Shown here: positions 58,902-64,000 of the stretch, one piece after another
Numbering within the stretch: the stretch's first letter is position 1
Layout of the letters: each line of letters begins with the position of its first letter
Origin: an uncultured Candidatus Rokubacteria bacterium
Lineage (GTDB): Bacteria > Methylomirabilota > Methylomirabilia > Rokubacteriales > CSP1-6
Length of the DNA stretch: 64,000 nt
Reading direction: 5' to 3'
Assembly (NCBI GenBank): GCA_963762145.1
Contig: CAVXJS010000007.1
Coordinates: 192,001 to 256,000, forward strand
Program-made: the position numbers and the translations under genes
Notes under the pieces: generated by a model
What the model saw: the letters and a program-made list of their open reading frames with translations, nothing else
What the model was told of the DNA's origin: nothing
Databases searched by the model: none

Positions 58902-60128
58902 CGACGAGCTTCGTCACCCACGTCGCGTGCACGGTCTGCGACCGGCGCCACGACTCCGCAGCGTCTGCTCACCGTCTGCGAGCAGTGCGGCCAGATGCTC
59001 GCGGTTCGCTACGATCTCCCGCGGGTCGCGGCCGCCCTCTCCCGGGACGACCTCGCGCGCCGTCCGCCCGGGATGTATCGCTTCCGCGAGCTGCTGCCGC
59101 TCGACGACGGCGAGGAGCCGATCACGCTCGGCGAGGGCGGCACGCCGCTGCTCGCGCTGCCCCGGCTGGCCGCGCATCTGGGCCTGCGGCATCTCTGGGC
59201 CAAGGACGAAGGGCAGAATCCGACCGGCACGTTCAAGGCGCGCGGGCTCGGGATGGCGATCACGCGCGCGCGCACGCTCGGCGTCACCGGCCTCATGATC
59301 CCCTCGGCGGGCAACGCGGGCGGCGCCGCCGCGGTCTACGGCGCCCGCGCCGGCCTCTCCGTCGCGGTGGTGGTGCCGCGCGACACGCCGGAGGCCGCGG
59401 TCGCGGAGGCGATGCTGGCCGGCGCCCACGTCTTCACGATCGACGGCACCATCGCCACCGCCGGCCGCGCCATCGCCGCGGTCGCGCCGCGGATCGGCTG
59501 GTTCGACATGGCCACGCTCAAGGAGCCGTACCGGCTCGAGGGCAAGAAGACGATGGGCCTCGAGCTCGCCGAGCAGCTGGGATGGGATGCGCCGGACTGG
59601 CTCGTGTATCCGACCGGCGGGGGCACCGGCCTCGTCGGCATCTGGAAAGCCTACGAAGAGCTCGCGGCCATGGGCTGGGTCACCGCCGCGCCGCCCCGGT
59701 TCGTCGCGGTACAGGCCGAGGGCTGCGCGCCGCTCGCGCGCGCCTGGGAAGACAAGGCCGAGACCACCACCCCGGTGGAGAACCCGTTCACGAACGCGCC
59801 GGGCCTGCGCGTGCCCGGCCCCTTCGCGGGCCGGCAGATGCTGCGCATCTTGCGCGAGACCGGCGGCTTTCCCGTGACGGTCGGCGAGCTGGCCATCGTG
59901 GAGGCCCAGCGGCTGATGGCGCGGGTCGAGGGCATCTGGACGTCCCCGGAGGGGGCCGCGACGCTGGCCGCGCTCATCCGCATGCAGGAGGAGCGTCAGG
60001 TCGACGCCGCCGCCCGGATCGTGCTCATCCTGACCGGGGCCGGGATCAAGAATCCGCCGCCGCCGCTGGCTCCGCCGGTTCACCTGGAGCGGCCCGAGGA
60101 CATGTCGCCCTGGCTTGACAGATCCTGA
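58901..60128 (+). CDS. thrC: Threonine synthase family (N-terminal CxxC..CxxC region frameshifted; start uncertain)
   Basis: TLGEGGTPL, NPTGTFKARG, SAGNAG, EGKKTM, PTGGGTG, LTGAGIK. Confidence 0.85.
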
Positions 60129-60143
60129 TCGTCTCTGTAGATT
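60115..60143 (+). promoter_or_regulatory. Near-consensus sigma70 promoter for the sulfur-oxidation module
   Basis: TTGACA-N17-TAGATT. Confidence 0.7.
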
Positions 60144-60196
60144 CTCGTCGATCCCGGTCGAGATTGAGAATTCGCGGAGTCACCAGCGGAGGCGGC

Positions 60197-61510
60197 ATGA
60201 CGATGAGCGCGGTCACGCGACGGGCATTCCTGCGGTCCTCCGGACTCGGGCTGGGCGGCCTCGGGCTGGGCGGCCTCGGTCTCGGCGTGCTGGCCGGTGG
60301 CGGCCTGGGCGGATGCGCCACCGCGATGAAGGGCGACTTCGCCCCGAAGAAGGGCCGGCGCGTCGTCGTGATCGGCGGCGGCTGGGGCGGGGCGACCGCG
60401 GCGAAGTACGTGCGGCTCGATCGACCCGAGCATCGAGGTCGTCCTGATCGAGCCCAACCGGGAGTTCATCTCCTGCCCGTTCAGCAACCTCGTGCTGGCG
60501 GCGTGCGCACGATCGGCAGCATCACGATGGGCTACGACGGCCTGCGCAAGCACGGCGTGCAGGATGATCCACGAGACGGCCAGCCGCCATCGAGCCCGAT
60601 CAGAAGCGCGTGCGGCGTCGGCGAGGGCTATCTGCGAGTACGACCGGCTCGTCGTCTCCCCGGGCATCGAGTTCCAGTGGGAGCAGGTCGAGGGGCTCGC
60701 CCAGAACCAGGACAAGGTGCTCCACGCCTGGAAGGCGGGGCCGCAGACCGTGCAGCTCGCGCAGCAGCTGGCCAGCGATGCCCGACGGCGGCGTCTTCGT
60801 GCTCACCATCCCGCCCGTGGCGTACCGGTGCCCGCCCGGCCCCTACGAGCGCATCTCCAGGTCGCCTGGTATCTCAAGACGAACAAGCCGCGAGTCCAAG
60901 CTGATCGTGCTCGACGCGAACCAGAACATCGTGTCCAAGGCCGCGCTGTTCCGCGAGGCCTGGAAGGCGTATCCGAACATCGACTACCGCGCGCTCGAAC
61001 AAGGTGATCGCCGTCGATCCCGGGACGCGCGGAGGTCCGCACCGAGTTCGACAAGGTCAAGTACGACGTGCTCAACCTGATCCCGCCCCAGCGCGCGGGC
61101 GCCATCGCGGTGCAGGCGGACCTGGTCGGCGTCGACAAGCGCTGGTGCGAGGTCGACCAGGTGACCTACGAGTCGGTGAAGCAGCAAGGGCGTCCACGTG
61201 GTCGGCGACTCGACCATCGGCCTGCCGGTGCCCAAGTCCGGCAACGTCGCCAACGCGATGGGCAAGATCATGCGCGATCGCGGTCGTCAGCCTGCTCAAC
61301 GGCCGGCCGATGCCGCCGGTGGCGCCCGGCAACACCTGCTACAGCTGGGTGAGCGACCGCGAGGCCATCGCGGTGGTGAACGCGTACAAGATCGAGAACG
61401 GCAAGGTCGTGCAGATCGAGCAGAAGCTGACGCCGGTCGCAGAGCGCGCTCGGTGGCCCAGCGCGCGCTCGGCTGGGCCGCAGAGCATCTGGGCGGACAT
61501 GCTGGCATGA
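60197..61510 (+). CDS. fccB: Flavocytochrome c sulfide dehydrogenase flavoprotein (FccB/SoxF-like), Tat lipoprotein; many frameshifts
   Basis: TRRAFL, LGGC lipobox, VVIGGGWGG, SCPFSN, HAWKAG, CPPGPYER, PKSG, NTCYS. Confidence 0.8.
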
Positions 61511-62140
61511 GCGCGATGCGGCACGACAGGAGCGCGATCGATCTGCGTAGCCTCGCGTGCTCGGCGCGTGACCGGGCGGTCGCCGCGCATCGCCGCCGGC
61601 TCCGGCCCGCTGGACGAGCGCGGCGCGTCCAAGTCGCTGACGTGCTCGGCGTGCCACGGCGCGGCGGGCAACAGCCGCTCCAGCGCCATGCCGATCATCG
61701 CCGGCCTGGACGCGGCGTACTTCAAGAAGCAGATCGACGGACTACGCGACCGGCAAGCGCCCCTCGCCCGAGATGGAGCCCTACGCCAAGCAGGTCTGCG
61801 AGCTCGGCGTGGACGACGTCGCGGCGTACTTCGCCGCCCAGCCGACGCGAGCCGACGCCGGTCGCAGCGACCGCGCGACGCGGTGGCGCGCGGGCGCGCG
61901 GCCTGCGGCCCAGTGCGCGGCCTGCCACGGCGCCGCAGGGCAAGGGCAATGCGGCCAAGCTCATCCCGAGCCTGGCCGGCCAGGCGCCGGGATATCCTGC
62001 GCGAGCAGATGGTGCTGTTCAAGCAGGACCGGCGCAATCCCGGGCGACGCCGACGCTCGACCGCGCTCAAGGCGCTGATGAAGACCATCCCCGACGCGAC
62101 GTTCGCCGACCTGGCCGCGTACTACTCGAGCCTGCGATAA
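61507..62140 (+). CDS. Diheme cytochrome c (FccA/c4-like); frameshifted
   Basis: CSACH and CAACH; P.IAG / PSLAGQ; DLAAYY. Confidence 0.8.
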
Positions 62141-62268
62141 AAATCGGAGGGGGCCTCGAGGCCGCCGCCGGCTCCGCAGGACGGGCGCGGCAAAGCCGGC
62201 GCTCGAACGGCGGACTCGCGCTATCATGGGCCCTTCATGAGCCACCTTGCGCTGGGGCAGGCGTCGGC

Positions 62269-63048
62269 GTGACGCCGACGCTGGAGATCGCGCTCTTCGT
62301 TCTCGGCTTCGTCGGCGCCTTCGTCTCCGGCCTGGTCGGCGTCGGCGGGGCCATCGTGATGATCCCGCTGCTCTACTACGTGCCGCCGCTGCTGGGCGTG
62401 GGCAGCCTGACGATCAAGGCGGTGGCCGGCCTCACCATGACCCAGGTGCTCGCGGCCGCGGCGGTGGGCGCGTGGAGGCACGGGCGGCGCGCGCTCGTTC
62501 ATCGCGGGCTGGCGCTGACCGGCGGCGCCGCGATGGCGGCGGGATCGCTCGCGGGCGCGGTCCTCGCGCTCCACGTGTCCGGGCGCGCGCTCCTCGTCGT
62601 CTTCGCGCTCATGACCACGATCGGCGCTGCCGCTCATGCTCGTGCCACCCGCCCGCGCCGCCGGCGGGGACGAGGGTCGACGACCGTTCGACCGCGCGCG
62701 CGCGATCGCATCTCCGGCGGCCATCGGCTTCATGGCCGGGCTGGTCGGGCGCGGGCGGGGCGTTCCTCGCGGTGCCGGTGCTGATGGCGTGATCTGCGTC
62801 CCGATGCGGCTGGCCATCGGGACGTCGCTGGCCATGGTGAGCGTCGTCCGCCGTGACTGGGCTTCTTGGGCAAGGTGCTCACGGGCCAGGTGCCGTTCGG
62901 GCCGGCGCTGCGCGGTGGTGCTGGGCTCGCTCGCCGGCGCGCCGGTCGGCGGCCGGCTCAGCCGGCGCGTGCCGGTGCCGGTGCTGCGCGGCGTGCTCGC
63001 GGGCTCGATCGCGCTGGTCCATGCTCGCGCGTCTGGTACGACGCCTGA
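62269..63048 (+). CDS. TauE/SafE sulfite exporter family; frameshifted
   Basis: GFVGAFVSGLVGVGGAIVMIP.L, AIGTSL. Confidence 0.8.
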
Positions 63049-63075
63049 TGCTGATCGCCGAGAGGGGACACGCGC

Positions 63076-64000
63076 GTGCGCTACGGCTTCGTGATCGACC
63101 AGCGGAAGTGCATCGGCTGCCACGCCTGCACGGTGGCCTGCAAGGAGGAGAACCAGGTCCCGCTGGGCGTCAACCGCACGTGGGTCAAGTACATCGAGAA
63201 GGGCACGTTCCCGGACACGCGGCGCTACTTCACGGTGATGCGCTGCAACCACTGCGACAACGCGCCCGTGCGTGACGATCTGCCCCACGGTGGCGCTCTA
63301 CCGCCGGGCCGACGGCATCGTGGACTTCGACGGCGACGCGCTGCATCGGCTGCAAGTCGTGCATGCAGGCGTGCCCGTACGACGCGCTCTACATCGATCC
63401 GGAGACGCACACCGCGGCCAAGTGCCACTACTGCGCCCACCGCGTGGAGGTCGGGCTCGAGCCGGCGTGCGTGGTCGTCTGCCCGGTGCAGGCGATCATG
63501 CCCGGCGACCTCGACGATCCCGGCGAGCACGATCGCGCGGCTCGTCGCCTCGCAGCAGGTCCAGGTGCGCAAGCCCGAGCAGGGGACGCGGCCGAAGCTC
63601 TTCTACCTCGGCGCGGAGGCGGCGGCGCTCACGCCGGGGATGCAGGAGCGGCGCGGCGGCTACGTGTTCGCGCAGGGCGGGAGCATCCCGAGCCCGGGCC
63701 GGCGCAACCTCGCCGCTGACGCAGCCGCTCGGCCGCCGATCACCGCCGCGACCGACGGATGGATCTGCTGCGCCTCGCGCGCACCGTCTACGACGTCGCG
63801 CATCCCGAGCGGCCCTGGGGCTGGAAGGTCGCCGCGTACCTCTGGACCAAGTCGATCGCGGCGGGCGCCTTCCTGGTCGCCGCGCTCGGCGCATCGCGGG
63901 CCGGCTTCCTGCACCGCGGACGCCCTGACCGGGCTGGCGGTGCCCGCGATCGGCCTGGCGTTCCTCGCTGCTGACGTGTCTCCTGCTCGTGTTCGACCTC
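63076..64000 (+). CDS. NrfC/PsrB-like 4Fe-4S domain apparently fused to an NrfD/PsrC membrane domain; frameshifted, truncated by window end
   Basis: YGFVIDQRKCIGCHACTVACK, CNHC, ACPYDA, KCHYC, then PWGWKVAAYLWTKSIAAG. Confidence 0.75.
   Translation, partial: MRYGFVIDQRKCIGCHACTVACKEENQVPLGVNRTWVKYIEKGTFPDTRRYFTVMRCNHCDNAPVRDDLPHGGALPPGRRHRGLRRRRAASAASRACRRARTTRSTSIRRRTPRPSATTAPTAWRSGSSRRAWSSARCRRSCPATSTIPASTIARLVASQQVQVRKPEQGTRPKLFYLGAEAAALTPGMQERRGGYVFAQGGSIPSPGRRNLAADAAARPPITAATDGWICCASRAPSTTSRIPSGPGAGRSPRTSGPSRSRRAPSWSPRSAHRGPASCTADALTGLAVPAIGLAFLAADVSPARVRP

Noticed and set aside
58899-58906. Non-canonical ACG start for thrC (TAACG in place of TAATG), and a CTG start for the SDR at 24517
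   Set aside because: Cannot be distinguished from base-call errors in this error-prone sequence.
62144-62177. GGCCTCGAGGCC palindrome after the cytochrome gene
   Set aside because: Short, in a high-error GC-rich stretch, and with no clear second copy in the window, so not supportable as a feature.
60400-64000. Numerous frameshifts read as pseudogenes or programmed frameshifting (also at 6.4-7.0, 12.15, 20.48, 21.5-24.1, 57.6 and 58.96 kb)
   Set aside because: Single-base indels hit unrelated genes whose motifs are otherwise intact, no slippery heptamers were evident, and density rises toward the window end. Sequencing error is the simpler explanation; read polishing would decide.
1-64000. 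tRNA, rRNA, integrase, transposase, prophage or defence systems
   Set aside because: None recognised by eye. A tRNAscan/Infernal/HMM scan would be needed to exclude them formally.

Overview
High-GC (roughly 70% by eye) bacterial chromosomal segment with a core-metabolic gene set. Gene content and repeat style are reminiscent of Candidatus Rokubacteria/Methylomirabilota, but that is inference. Many conserved genes carry single-base frameshifts, most densely at 21-24 kb and 60-64 kb, which looks like uncorrected long-read error. In order: a degenerate RpiB-PGI fusion and gluconokinase; a UGSC-type selenoprotein (in-frame TGA plus SECIS-like hairpin) that the ORF track splits in two; HIBADH-family dehydrogenases; DUF748; a tungsten AOR-type cluster; argR-GNAT-argD with an ARG box; fused trpE(G) with an unannotated Trp leader peptide and attenuator; Mo-oxidoreductase; malate synthase; a small Imm26-like/DUF222-HNH island; a ~20 kb divergent hopanoid cluster; amidohydrolase/SBP/URO-D-like genes; an EF-G paralogue; thrC; and a sulfide-dehydrogenase (FccBA)-TauE-NrfCD module cut by the window end. 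The most striking system is the hopanoid cluster (hpnN, hpnH, hpnG, hpnA, hpnD, ispH, mlaEFDC). It is interleaved with inositol-phosphate synthase, a cytidylyltransferase, a CDP-alcohol phosphotransferase, a phosphono/sulfopyruvate decarboxylase, a CruF-like hydratase and two Zn polyol dehydrogenases, suggesting an uncharacterised lipid head-group pathway. Several distinct palindromic repeat families occur, one inserted in-frame inside a gene. No rRNA, tRNA or CRISPR array was recognised.
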